Assembly (NCBI GenBank): GCA_963795645.1
Contig: CAWCIK010000006.1
Coordinates: 1,298,259 to 1,362,258 of the forward strand
Direction of reading: 5' to 3'
DNA length: 64,000 bases
Source of the DNA: an uncultured Chloroflexia bacterium
Lineage (GTDB): Bacteria > Chloroflexota > Limnocylindria > Limnocylindrales > CSP1-4
This document shows positions 10,238-20,006 of this stretch, in pieces. Each line of letters opens with the position of its first letter. The first letter of the stretch is position 1. The position numbers and the translations under genes were made by a program. The notes beneath the pieces are model-generated. The model was not told where the DNA came from. It did not search any database and was given only the letters and a program-made list of their open reading frames with translations.

Positions 10238-11611
10238 CTAGGACAGCGGCTCGAACACCGCTGTGAAGTGGCGCAGCTGAGACGGCTGATCGACGATGCG
10301 ATAGCCGCGCAGATCGGTGGAGCGCGCGGCCACGCGTCTGACGACCTCGATCACGTAATCGACGTGCGATTGGGTGTACGTCCGGCGCGGGATGGCCAGC
10401 CGAACCAGGTCGAAGGCGGCCGCTCGCTCGGTGCCGTCGGGATGCATCCCGAACATGACCGTGCCGATCTCGCAGCCGCGAATGCCACCCTCGCGGTAGA
10501 GCTCCACCGCCAGCGACTGGCCGGGGTACTCGAGCGGCGGGATGTGCGGCAGCATCGCTCGCGCATCGATGTACACGGCATGCCCGCCGATGGGCAGGAT
10601 GACCGGGACGCCACTCTCCGATAGCGCCTCCCCGAGATACTCGGTCGACCGGATCCGGTAGCGCAGGTAGTCCTCGTCGACGACCTCGGTCAGGCCCTGG
10701 GCGATCGCCTCGAGGTCGCGCCCGGCAAGGCCGCCATAGGTCACGAAGCCCTCGGTCAGGATGAGCACGTTGCGGCATCGTTCGGCAAGCGAATCGTCGT
10801 TCATCGCCAGCCACCCGCCGATGTTCGCGAGGCCGTCCTTCTTGGCGCTCATCGTCATTCCGTCAGCAAGCGAGGCGATCTCGCCCACGATCTCCGGGAT
10901 CGACTTGTCGGCGTAGCCGTCCTCGCGCTGCTTGATGAACCATGCGTTCTCAGCGAAGCGGCACGCATCCAGGAAGAGCGGCAGCCGATAGCGGTCACAA
11001 ACCTCGCGTACGGCGCGCAGGTTGGCGAGCGAGACGGGTTGTCCGCCCATCGAGTTGTTGGTGATGGTCATGAACACGACCGGGATGCGCTCGGGACCGT
11101 GTTCCGCGATCAGCCGCTCAAGGGCGGCTACATCCATGTCGCCCTTGAAGGGCGCCCGCTCGCGAGGATCGCGAGCGGGCGTGAGATCAACCGCCTGTGC
11201 GCCGGTGAACTCGACGTTGGCGCGCGTCGTATCGAAGTGGGCGTTGTTGGGCACGATCTTGTCCGGGCCGCCGATGACGGAGAAAAGGATCTTCTCGGCG
11301 GCCCTTCCCTGGTGGGTGGGGATGACGTGCTTGAACGGGAAGAGCCGCTGCACCGCCTCGAGGAAGCGGTACCAGGACGGCGAGCCGGCATAGCTCTCGT
11401 CGCCATGCTGGACGGCCGCCCACTGGTCGCGGCTCATGGCGCCAGTGCCCGAGTCGGTCAGAAAGTCGATGATCACGTCGTCGGCGTGGACGTTGAAGAG
11501 GTTGTAGCCCGCGGCTGCGAGCGCCGCCTCTCTCTCCGCCCCGGTCGTGATCCGAATCGGCTCAACCGAGTGGATGCGGAACGGTTCGATGATCGTCTGC
11601 CAGCGTTCCAC
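10238..11611 (-). CDS. tnaA: Tryptophanase / tyrosine phenol-lyase family beta-eliminating lyase
   Basis: Co-linear with E. coli TnaA across the whole length (EPFRI, DSGTGAMS, PTHQGRAAE, SAKKDGLANIGG, RLAIPRRTYTQ). The ORF's N-terminal 79 codons are a spurious extension; start set at an in-frame GTG (IVERWQTIIEPF). Confidence 0.88.
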   Translation of the reverse strand: MERWQTIIEPFRIHSVEPIRITTGAEREAALAAAGYNLFNVHADDVIIDFLTDSGTGAMSRDQWAAVQHGDESYAGSPSWYRFLEAVQRLFPFKHVIPTHQGRAAEKILFSVIGGPDKIVPNNAHFDTTRANVEFTGAQAVDLTPARDPRERAPFKGDMDVAALERLIAEHGPERIPVVFMTITNNSMGGQPVSLANLRAVREVCDRYRLPLFLDACRFAENAWFIKQREDGYADKSIPEIVGEIASLADGMTMSAKKDGLANIGGWLAMNDDSLAERCRNVLILTEGFVTYGGLAGRDLEAIAQGLTEVVDEDYLRYRIRSTEYLGEALSESGVPVILPIGGHAVYIDARAMLPHIPPLEYPGQSLAVELYREGGIRGCEIGTVMFGMHPDGTERAAAFDLVRLAIPRRTYTQSHVDYVIEVVRRVAARSTDLRGYRIVDQPSQLRHFTAVFEPLS

Positions 11612-11642
11612 GATTCTGACTCTAGCGCGTCGCAGTAAGAAG

Positions 11643-11668
11643 AGGCCCGGCCGCTTGCGCGGCCGGGC
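11643..11668 (-). terminator. GC-rich hairpin (GGCCCGGCCGC-TTGC-GCGGCCGGGCC) followed by a U-rich tract on the minus-strand transcript; terminator of the acid phosphatase gene and possible insulator for tnaA
   Basis: Perfect 11-bp inverted repeat with a 4-nt loop, 24 nt downstream of the minus-strand stop at 11692; followed on that strand by TCTTCTTACT. Confidence 0.55.
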
Positions 11669-11691
11669 CTCTGACCGAACGACTTTCTGCG

Positions 11692-12654
11692 CTACGGCAG
11701 GTAATAGTTCGGATTGGGCATCTTGAAGGGCTTGTCCGCGTAGCCGCCCTGCAAGTCGCTGTACTGGTCGCCGAAGTTGGCCACGATGTCGTAGCCGAGC
11801 GACTCGATGTACGCCCGGGTGCCGGCCTTGTACTGGACCGTCGGGCACGACTTGCCGGCCGTGATCGAAGGGCCACAGAACTGGGGCTGGTCCAGGTACG
11901 ACGGATAGTCACCGACCACCGGCTTGGTGAACAGGCCATCGGTGAAGCCGCCGTGGCCGGTGTCGATCGCGGTCGGCATCGGATAGCCGGCGTCGATCTC
12001 GGGCACGAGGTTGCCGAAGCCCGTCGTGGTGTAGTCGGATCCATAACCGGCCGCCACGTCATTGACCAGGTTGGCGATCGTCGCCTGATGCTGAGAGTCG
12101 CCTCGGCCAGTGATGAAGAAGACGGCATAGCCTTTGGCCGCCGCGCGGGTGACCATGTCGACCATGCCCGGCGCAGCCGGGAACATGTTGCCGGTGAACG
12201 TGGATCCGGTCAGACCGACGAATACCGCGTTGGTGGTCGGGTTGTAGTCCCAATTGCTGTACAGCTCGTAGTTCCAGGTGGTCAGCGTCGTGTCATCGAC
12301 GTCGAGCACGATGGCCTGCATGGGGTGCTTGCCGGCCCGCGCATCGATCCACTGGCGGCCTTCCTTGGCCACCTTGGACGCTTCCTTGGCGTAGTTGCCG
12401 CTCATGTTCAGCGCGAGCGTCCAGCCGGCGGTCGAGCTGCTTCCGGTCGAAGCCCCCGGAGTGCCGTAGTAGTTCTTGATCTCACTGCGCAGGACGTCGA
12501 TGTTCGTGACCTGGTCCGCAGACTTGGGGGTGGTGATCTTCGGTCCGGAGAGGCCGCCCGCGGCGACGACACCAGCGGTGGCAAAGACCAGTCCTATTGC
12601 GAGACCGGTCACGAACGAGCGCGGGGCATGTCGAAATCTGGCGATACGAGCCAT
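11692..12654 (-). CDS. HAD superfamily class B acid phosphatase, secreted/lipoprotein-like
   Basis: Start at an ATG preceded by GGGAGGAAGGGAG (the ORF N-terminus upstream is spurious). N-terminal signal/TM (MARIARF...LAIGLVFATAGVVAAGG); VLDVDDTTLTT (DxDxT) and FFITGR motifs of HAD-IIIB acid phosphatases. Confidence 0.75.
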   Translation of the reverse strand: MARIARFRHAPRSFVTGLAIGLVFATAGVVAAGGLSGPKITTPKSADQVTNIDVLRSEIKNYYGTPGASTGSSSTAGWTLALNMSGNYAKEASKVAKEGRQWIDARAGKHPMQAIVLDVDDTTLTTWNYELYSNWDYNPTTNAVFVGLTGSTFTGNMFPAAPGMVDMVTRAAAKGYAVFFITGRGDSQHQATIANLVNDVAAGYGSDYTTTGFGNLVPEIDAGYPMPTAIDTGHGGFTDGLFTKPVVGDYPSYLDQPQFCGPSITAGKSCPTVQYKAGTRAYIESLGYDIVANFGDQYSDLQGGYADKPFKMPNPNYYLP

Positions 12655-12884
12655 CTGCTCCCTTCCTCCCGGCGACCAGCGGGATGGCTGGCGCGCCTCT
12701 TCGCTTGCCCCCGAGGCACGGCGCCCGGGGATGCCCAAGAGCCTAACTCGCAGAGCGCTGGCGCGCCATATCGAACTGGACGGCGCTCTCAAAATCGGCA
12801 CCGCGGCGATCCGCAATACGAACGCAATGGTTGTCGGCTCGCTGCAGTAATCGCGCAACGGCTGGTGAACGAAGATCAAACGCG

Positions 12885-14039
12885 ATGCTGCTGTCACAGA
12901 CGGCGACCAACGCGCTACCGATGGCGCGCAGCGGCGCCGTCATCAATCGTGTCACCGCAACCGCCTACACGATCCCGACGGACCAGCCTGAATCCGATGG
13001 CACCCTTGCCTGGGACCGGACGACGATGGTCATCACCGAGCTCGAGGCCGCGTCAACGCGCGCCATTGGATACACGTACGCCAGCCACGTCGCGGCTGCG
13101 CTCATCGTCGAGGTGCTGGCCCAGGACCTGCTCGGTGGAGATCCTTTCGACCACGCGCGACTGACGGCCGCGCTGAGCAGACGTCTGCGCAACATCGGCC
13201 GGCCAGGTATTGGTGCTACCGCTGTATCGGCGCTCGACCAGGCGCTTTGGGACCTGAAGAGCCGCATGCTGGGTCTCTCATTGGTCGACCTGCTCGGGTC
13301 CGTGCGTGACGAAGCCGCGGCCTACGGTAGTGGCGGCTTCACGTCGTACTCGAACAGCCACCTGTCCGAGCAGCTGGGCGGGTGGGCCGCCGAAGGTTTT
13401 GACATGGTCAAGATGAAGATCGGCCGCAACCCAGAGGTCGACCCCGACCGCATCCGCGAAGCCCGTTCCGCGATTGGCGACAGCGTCCAGCTGTTCGTCG
13501 ACGCCAACGGAGCGTTCGACGAGCGCGGAGCATTGGCGGCATCACGCTGGCTGGACGAGAGCTCGGTGACGTGGTTCGAGGAACCCGTTACGTCTGACGA
13601 CATTGGTGGCCTGCGTTTCGTGCGCGAGCGCGTGCCCCGTTCCATGCCAGTGGCTGCCGGCGAATACGGCTGGACGCCGATCGACTTCGTTCGCCTCGTC
13701 GATGGGGCTGCCGTCGACGTGCTCCAGGCCGATGCGACCCGATGCCTGGGGATCAGCGGCTTCCTCGATGCCGTGGCCATCTGCGCGGCCAGGGCGTTGC
13801 CCATGTCGACGCACTGCGCCCCCACCATTCACTCGAAGCTGGCATGCGTGGCAGAGCCGGTGCGTCACATTGAGTGGTTCCACGACCACGTACGCATCGA
13901 GCGTCGGTTCTTCGATGGCTTCTGCGACGCGAAAGACGGTGTCGTACGTCCGGACCGTGGACGACCAGGGATAGGCATCGAGCTGCGCCGTACCGACCTT
14001 GAGCCATACCTCGTCTGGTATGGGGAGATGACGTTGTGA
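12885..14039 (+). CDS. Enolase superfamily enzyme (mandelate racemase / muconate lactonizing enzyme family)
   Basis: KMKIGRNPEVDPDRIREARSAIGDSVQLFVDANGAF, then WFEEPV and a second metal-ligand region. ATG at 12885 chosen (the ORF track begins at a TTG at 12831). Confidence 0.8.
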   Translation: MLLSQTATNALPMARSGAVINRVTATAYTIPTDQPESDGTLAWDRTTMVITELEAASTRAIGYTYASHVAAALIVEVLAQDLLGGDPFDHARLTAALSRRLRNIGRPGIGATAVSALDQALWDLKSRMLGLSLVDLLGSVRDEAAAYGSGGFTSYSNSHLSEQLGGWAAEGFDMVKMKIGRNPEVDPDRIREARSAIGDSVQLFVDANGAFDERGALAASRWLDESSVTWFEEPVTSDDIGGLRFVRERVPRSMPVAAGEYGWTPIDFVRLVDGAAVDVLQADATRCLGISGFLDAVAICAARALPMSTHCAPTIHSKLACVAEPVRHIEWFHDHVRIERRFFDGFCDAKDGVVRPDRGRPGIGIELRRTDLEPYLVWYGEMTL

Positions 14040-17000
14040 GCCTCCATTCCGGGACGCGCGATGTCGTGCGCCAACGTCTGGATCAGGCGCCCGATTGGCT
14101 GGTGCGCGGCACGGCCGTTGGTAGCGCACTGCCGGGCGCCACGAAGCGGGAACCGCTCTCCGACGCCGCCGGACTCGCCGTCGAGCTACTCAACAACGTC
14201 CGTGGCGAGGTCCGCTTCGATCGCGGAACACGGGCTCTTTACTCGACCGACTCATCGAACTACCGCCAGGTGCCGATCGGCGTGGTGCTCCCGCGTGACA
14301 CGGACGACGTCATTGCCACGGTCGAGACGTGCCGCCGCTTTGGCGCGCCGATCCTGTCCCGCGGCGGCGGCACGAGCCTCGCTGGCCAGACGTGCAACGT
14401 CGCGGTGGTAATGGATCACTCCAAGTACAACAATGCGCTCGTCGAGCTGAACGCCTCCGAACGCTATGCGCGCGTCAGACCGGGCATCGTTCTCGATACG
14501 CTGCGCGATGCGGCCGAAGAACACCATCTGACCTTGGCCCGGACCCGGCCACCCACAACCACTGCACGCTGGGTGGGATGATCGGCAACAACTCGTGCGG
14601 CGTGCACTCGGTCATGGCCGGCAAGACCGACGACAACGTTCTCGAGCTGGACATCCTCACCTACGGCGGCCTGCGCATGACGGTCGGCCCGACAAGTGAC
14701 GACGAACTCGAGCGGATCATCACCGCAGGCGGCATCAAGGGCGAGATCTACCGCCGATGCGTGAGCTTCGCGACGGCCACGCGAACGAGATTCGACGCCG
14801 GCTACCCACCCATCCCGCGTTGCGTGTCGGGGTACAACCTGACCTGGCTGCTGCCCGAGAACGGGGCTTCAACGTGGCCCGGGCCCTCGTTGGTCGCGAG
14901 TCGACGCTCATGACCGTCCTTGAGGCAAAGGTGAGGCTCGTCGACAGCCCTCCCGGCCGGACGCTGGTCGCGCTCGGCTTCGACGATGTCTATGCGGCGG
15001 CCGACGACGTGCCCAACGTCATGGAGTCGGACTGCATAGCGTGCGAGGGCATGGACCACAAACTTGTCCGGACGTGCGCGGGCGTGGGATCCATCCCGAC
15101 GCGCTGGGCCGATGTTGCCCAGCCGGCGATGGCTTTCTGCTCGTCGAGTTCGGAGGCAGCGACCGAAAGGAAGCAGACGCCAAGGCGCACGAGTTCGTCG
15201 ACAAGATCAAGAGCCGCCGTTCGGACGGCACATACCGCGAAGTCTTCGATCGCGGAGACGAAGAAGAGCACTCTGGTCGATTCGCGAATCCGGCCTGGGC
15301 GCGACCTCGATGGTGCCGGGCAAGCCGCTCACGTTGCCAGGCTGGGAAGACTCTGCCGTGCCGCCCGAGCGGCTCGGCGACTACCTGCGCGAGTTGCGCA
15401 AGCTGTTGAACCGACTATTCGGTACGACGCGGACATGTACGGCCATTTCGGCCAGGGCGTCCTGCACTGCCGGATCGACTTCGGCCTGCTGACAGAACCC
15501 GGACTGCACAAGTTCCGCAGCTATCTGGACGAAGCCGCCGATCTCGTGGTTGACATGGGCGGCTCACTGTCCGGAGAGCACGGCGACGGCCAGGCTCGCG
15601 CCGACCTGCTGCCGATCATGTACGGCGACGAGCTCGTCGATGCGTTCGCCGAGTTCAAGTGCGATCTGGGATCCCGAGTGGCGGATGAACCCGGGCAAGG
15701 TAGTCGATCCCAACCCGATCCTGTCCGACCTGAGCCTGGGCGCGGACTACAACCCGCCGAGCGTGGCGACCCACTTCGCCTTCGCCGAGGACCACGACTC
15801 GTTTGCTCACGCGGCGTTCCGCTGCGTGGGCGTCGGCGACTGCCGCCGCCACGACGGCGGCACGATGTGCCCTCGTACATGGTTACGCGCGAGGAGAAGC
15901 ACTCGACGCGCGGCCGCGCTCGGATGCTGTTCGAAATGATGCGAGGGCGACGTAATGACCGATGGCTGGCGCTCGGACGAGGTTAAGCGAGGCGCTCGAC
16001 CTATGCCTGGCATGCAAGGGCGTGTAAGATCGAGTGCCCGGTCAACGTTGACATGGCGACGTACAAGGCCGAATTCATGAGCCACTACTGGGCCGGCCGA
16101 CTACGGCCGCGCCAGGCCTACGTCTTGGGACTCATCGCCGTGGTGGCTGCGAATCTGGGCGAGCGCATGCCGCGTCTGGCCAACCTCGCGACGCAGTTAC
16201 CCGGACTGCGCACGATGGCCAAGGCATTTCGCCGGCGTCGCGCCCGAGCGGCGCATCCCGCGCCTGGCCAGCCAGACATTCAGCGACTGGTTCGCCGAAC
16301 GTCGCAGAAACGCGCCTTCGGCGGACGCACCTGAAGGCCGGCGCGCGTGATCCTGTGGCCCGACACCTTCACCGACCATTTTCACCCCGACTCGGCGCGC
16401 TCCGCGGTCGAGGTGCTCGAGGCCGCCGGTGGCAGGTGGAGATCCCGATGGCTGGGTTTGCTGCGGCCGCCCGCTGTATGACTTCGGTTTCATCGGCCAG
16501 GCGCGCGGCCACTTGCGTCAAGAAGTCGATGCGGACGTGCTGCGCCCGGCACTGCGCGACGGCATGCCGATCGTCGGCCTCGAGCCGATCTGCGTCGCTG
16601 CGTTCCGCGACGAGCTGGTTCGAGCTCAATCCCGAACTGCCGGACGCCACGCCGGCTGCACGAAGCAGACATACCTGCTGAGCGAGTTCCTGGCCAAGGT
16701 GCGACCGGACTACCAGCCGCCGCGCCTCGAAGCCGGCAAGGCGGTCGTCCACGGCCACTGCCAGCAGAAGGCGGTGCTCGACATGGACGCCGAGATCGAC
16801 GCCTTGCGCGCGACCGGCCTGGATGTCGACGTGCTCGAGTCGGGCTGCTGCGGCATGGCCGGCAACTTCGGCTTCGAGAAGCGGCGAGAAGTACGCGCGT
16901 CTCGGTCGCGGCCGGTGAGCGCGTCCTGCTGCCCGCGGTACGCCGGGCGGACTGCCGAGACGTATGTCGTTGCCACCGGTTTCTCAGTGCCGCGAGCAGA

Positions 17001-17110
17001 TCGCCCAGCTGACCGATCGCCGCGCGATGCATCCGGCCGACCTGCTCGCTGCCGGGCTGCATGCGGCGCACCTCCGACTACCAACCCGCTGTCAATCGAA
17101 AGGAAGGTGA
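14036..17110 (+). pseudogene. FAD-linked oxidase fused to a cysteine-rich (Fe-S, CCG) domain (GlcD-GlcF/GlpC-like), disrupted by at least 12 frameshifts
   Basis: A recognisable protein can be threaded through ORF-track pieces in all three + frames: 14036, 14329, 14757, 15041, 15064, 15550, 16053, 16429. These give an FAD PCMH domain (ILSRGGGTSLAGQ), the FAD-oxidase C-terminus, and CxxCxxC/CCG motifs (CCGMAGNFGFEK ... ATGFSCREQIAQLTDRRAMHPADLL). The amino-acid sequence between the shifts looks pristine. Confidence 0.7.
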
Positions 17111-17112
17111 CC

Positions 17113-18874
17113 ATGGCCAAGACCGCAGCTGACGTGCTGATCGAGACACTGATCGACTGGGGCGTCGACACGTCTTCGGGCTGCCCGGGCGACGGCATCA
17201 ACGGGATCATGGAGTCGCTCCGGACCCACCAGGACGAGGTCCGCTTCGTCCAGGTGCGCCACGAGGAGGCCGCCGCCTTTGCGCCGCGGCCGGTATCCAA
17301 GTTCAGCGGGTCGGCTGGGCGTCTGCCTGGCAACGTCAGGCCCGGGCGGGCTGCACCTGACCAACGGCCTGTATGACGCCAAGCTCGACGGGGCGTCTGT
17401 GCTGGCGATCACCGGCCACCACTTCAGCGACCTGATCGACACTCATGCACAGCAGGACGTCGACCTGACGCGCGTGTTCGAGGATCGTCGCGGTCTACAA
17501 CACGCGGGTCATGAACTCCGCCCACGTGCCGAACGTGGCCAATCTGGCGTGTCGCACGGCGCTGGCCTGGAAGGGAGTGGCAGCACATCTGCTTCCCGAC
17601 CGACCTGCAGGAGCAGCCGGCGGATGCCGGGCCGCGCGCGCCGCGCGACAAGCGCGGCCACACGCCGACACGCTCGGCGCGCGGGCCGGCCTGCCGTCCG
17701 ACGCGGACCTGGGCCGCGCGCGGAAGTGCTGAACGCCGGCAGAAGGTCGCCATTCTCGCCGGCCAGGGCGCGCTCGGCGCCGGCTGACGAGCTCGAATGC
17801 CGTGGCCGAGGCGCTCGGGGCGCCGATCGTCAAGGCTCTGCTCGGCAAGAGCGTCGTGCCCGACGACAGCCCGCTACACGACGGGCGGCATCGGCCTGCT
17901 CGGAACGGCGCCCTCCGAGACTGCGCTGGCCGAGTGCGACACGCTGCTGATCGTCGGCAGCTCCTTTCCGTACATCGAGTTCTATCCCAAGCCGGGACCA
18001 GGCGCGTGCTGTCCAGATCGACATCGACCCCGCGCGCATCGCGCTGCGCTATCCGGTCGAGGTCGGCCTCGTCGGCGACGCGAGGGCGACCCTCGCCGCG
18101 CTGCTGCCGACGCTGCAGCGCAAGGAGGACCGCGGTTCCTGGAAAAGGCGCAGTCCGGCATGGCCGACTGGTGGAAGCTGATGGACGAGCGCGCCGCGCG
18201 CATGGACATGCCCATGAAGCCGCAGACCATCACCGCGGCGCTCGATCGGCAGCTGCGTGACGACGCGATCATCGTCTGCGACTCGGGCACCATCACGACC
18301 TGGTATCGCGCGCCATATCCGGGCGCGTCGCGGGCCAGATGATGTCTCGCTCTCGGGCACGCTGGCGACGATGGCCTGCGGGCTGCCCTACGCGGTCGGT
18401 GCCCAGATGGCGCATCCGGATCGGCAGGTCGTCGCCATCGTCGGCGACGGCGGCGCTGTCGATGCTGATGGCCGAGCTGGCGACATGCGGCCAAGTACAA
18501 GCTGCCGGTGCGCGTCATGGTCTACAAGAACGACGTGCTCGGCCAGATCAAGTGGGAGCAGATGGTCTTCCTGGGCAACCCCGAGTTCGGCGTCGAGCTC
18601 TACCCGATCGACTTCGTCAAGGTCGCCGAGGCATGCGGCGTGCGCGGCATTCGGATCGACGACCCCGAGCAGGCCGACGAGCAGCTGCGCGACGCCTTCG
18701 CGACCGAGGGCCGGTGTTGATCGAGGCCGTGATCGACGCCAACGAGGCGCCGATGCCGGGCACGATCAGGCCCAGCAGGCGATCCACTTCGCCGAGTCGC
18801 TGCTGCGCGGCCAGCCCGACCGGATCGAGATCGCCACGACCGCCGCCGGCAACAAGATCCGCGAGATGGTCTAG
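17113..18874 (+). pseudogene. Thiamine-pyrophosphate enzyme (pyruvate oxidase / PoxB-like / acetolactate-synthase-like), disrupted by at least 6 frameshifts
   Basis: N-terminal TPP pyrimidine-binding domain (MAKTAADVLIETLIDWGVD...VRHEEAAAFA), central domain, and C-terminal TPP-binding domain (GTLATMACGLPYAVGAQMAHPDRQVVAIVGDGG ... MRVMVYKNDVLGQIKWEQ) are spread over frames 17092, 17279, 17511, 17797/17802, 18257, 18339 and 18508. Confidence 0.7.
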
Positions 18875-18922
18875 GCGGCACGTGTATGTCATCCGGCACC
18901 TGGATGTCATGAGGAGACTGCT

Positions 18923-19468
18923 GTGACTCAATCCGTAACCTCGGCCGAGGAGCAGGAACAAGAGCATCTCGTCCGCAAGCAGGGAGACGCATATCGCTCG
19001 TCGTATGACGAGCTGATGTCGGAGGATCGCCACGATGGAGTGGAGATCGACGACTACCTCGTGACGGCCGCGTTCGAACCCGCCGAGGGCATGTATATCG
19101 TGGCCAGCGACGGCAGGCTCATGTGGAAGGTTCCAGAGCCACATGAGAACCAACATCTTGAGGTCATTGTTCGCGATCGGCACGATGGCCGCTTTGTGCC
19201 TGGCCTCGATGTGCGCATGCTCCTGCGTAATGGATCCGACATCGTCGTCGACACCCCCGTTCCTTTCATCTGGCACCCATTCGTCTTCCACTACGGGATC
19301 AACGGCCATATACCCGAGGAGGGGTCGTACTCGGTCGAGGTGCGCATCGCCCGGCCCGTGTTCGGCCGCCACGACGAGGTTCGCGGTAGACGCTACGCGC
19401 GCGATGTACAAGTCGACCTGGGGCCACTAAAGCTGCGCCCCGGCCGAAAGGAACACGGACCTGAATGA
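18923..19468 (+). CDS. Hypothetical protein (acidic N-terminus, His-rich beta-rich core; family not recognised)
   Basis: 181-aa ORF with codon usage consistent with its neighbours; no signal peptide. Followed by a GC hairpin. Confidence 0.5.
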   Translation: MTQSVTSAEEQEQEHLVRKQGDAYRSSYDELMSEDRHDGVEIDDYLVTAAFEPAEGMYIVASDGRLMWKVPEPHENQHLEVIVRDRHDGRFVPGLDVRMLLRNGSDIVVDTPVPFIWHPFVFHYGINGHIPEEGSYSVEVRIARPVFGRHDEVRGRRYARDVQVDLGPLKLRPGRKEHGPE

Positions 19469-19478
19469 TGGAGGCGCT

Positions 19479-19498
19479 GCCGGCCCCTGAGGGCCGGC
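19479..19498 (+). terminator. GC hairpin GCCGGCCC-CTGA-GGGCCGGC immediately after the stop of the 18923 ORF; no U-tract
   Basis: 8-bp perfect stem 11 nt after the stop; weak or atypical terminator. Confidence 0.3.
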
Positions 19499-19577
19499 GG
19501 CGCCTCGCACAGCACCGTCCGCTTCGCCCCGGTCGTTACTAGCCAGGTGGCAACTAAAATCTGGTACGCTTGGGCGA

Positions 19578-20006
19578 GTGGAGCCGGACAAGGTCAAGGT
19601 CATCGAGCAGCTGGTGCAAGCAGGCGTGGCCATCACTGCCAGAGCGCTGGCAGGCATCGGCGGCATCGATCTCACCTTTCCCCAGTGGCGCGTGCTTGTT
19701 GTCCTGGGCGAGCATGGCGACGGCGCCACGGTCAGCGAGGTAGCCGGCAGCATTGGCGTGACGTTGCCCGCCACCAGCCGTCAGCTGCGTCGGCTGGAGC
19801 GACGCTCGCTGGTGCGCGTAGAGCCGGATACGAACGACCGGCGCGCGACGCGGGCGCGGCTTACCAGGAACGGCAAGAGAGTGAGGACAAAGATCTTCGA
19901 GCTTCGTCGTGCTGAGATCGCGCGAGCCGTGCAAAGCCTGGAGCTGAGCTCCGACGCCCTCGTTCAGGTCGATCTCGTGGCAAGCGCGATGGCCGACTAC
20001 CGGTGA
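19578..20006 (+). CDS. MarR family transcriptional regulator
   Basis: Winged-HTH MarR pattern (LTFPQWRVLVVLGEHG...TVSEVAGSIGVTLPATSRQLRRLERRSLVRVEPDTNDRRATRARLT); overlaps the downstream gene by 4 nt. Confidence 0.85.
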   Translation: MEPDKVKVIEQLVQAGVAITARALAGIGGIDLTFPQWRVLVVLGEHGDGATVSEVAGSIGVTLPATSRQLRRLERRSLVRVEPDTNDRRATRARLTRNGKRVRTKIFELRRAEIARAVQSLELSSDALVQVDLVASAMADYR

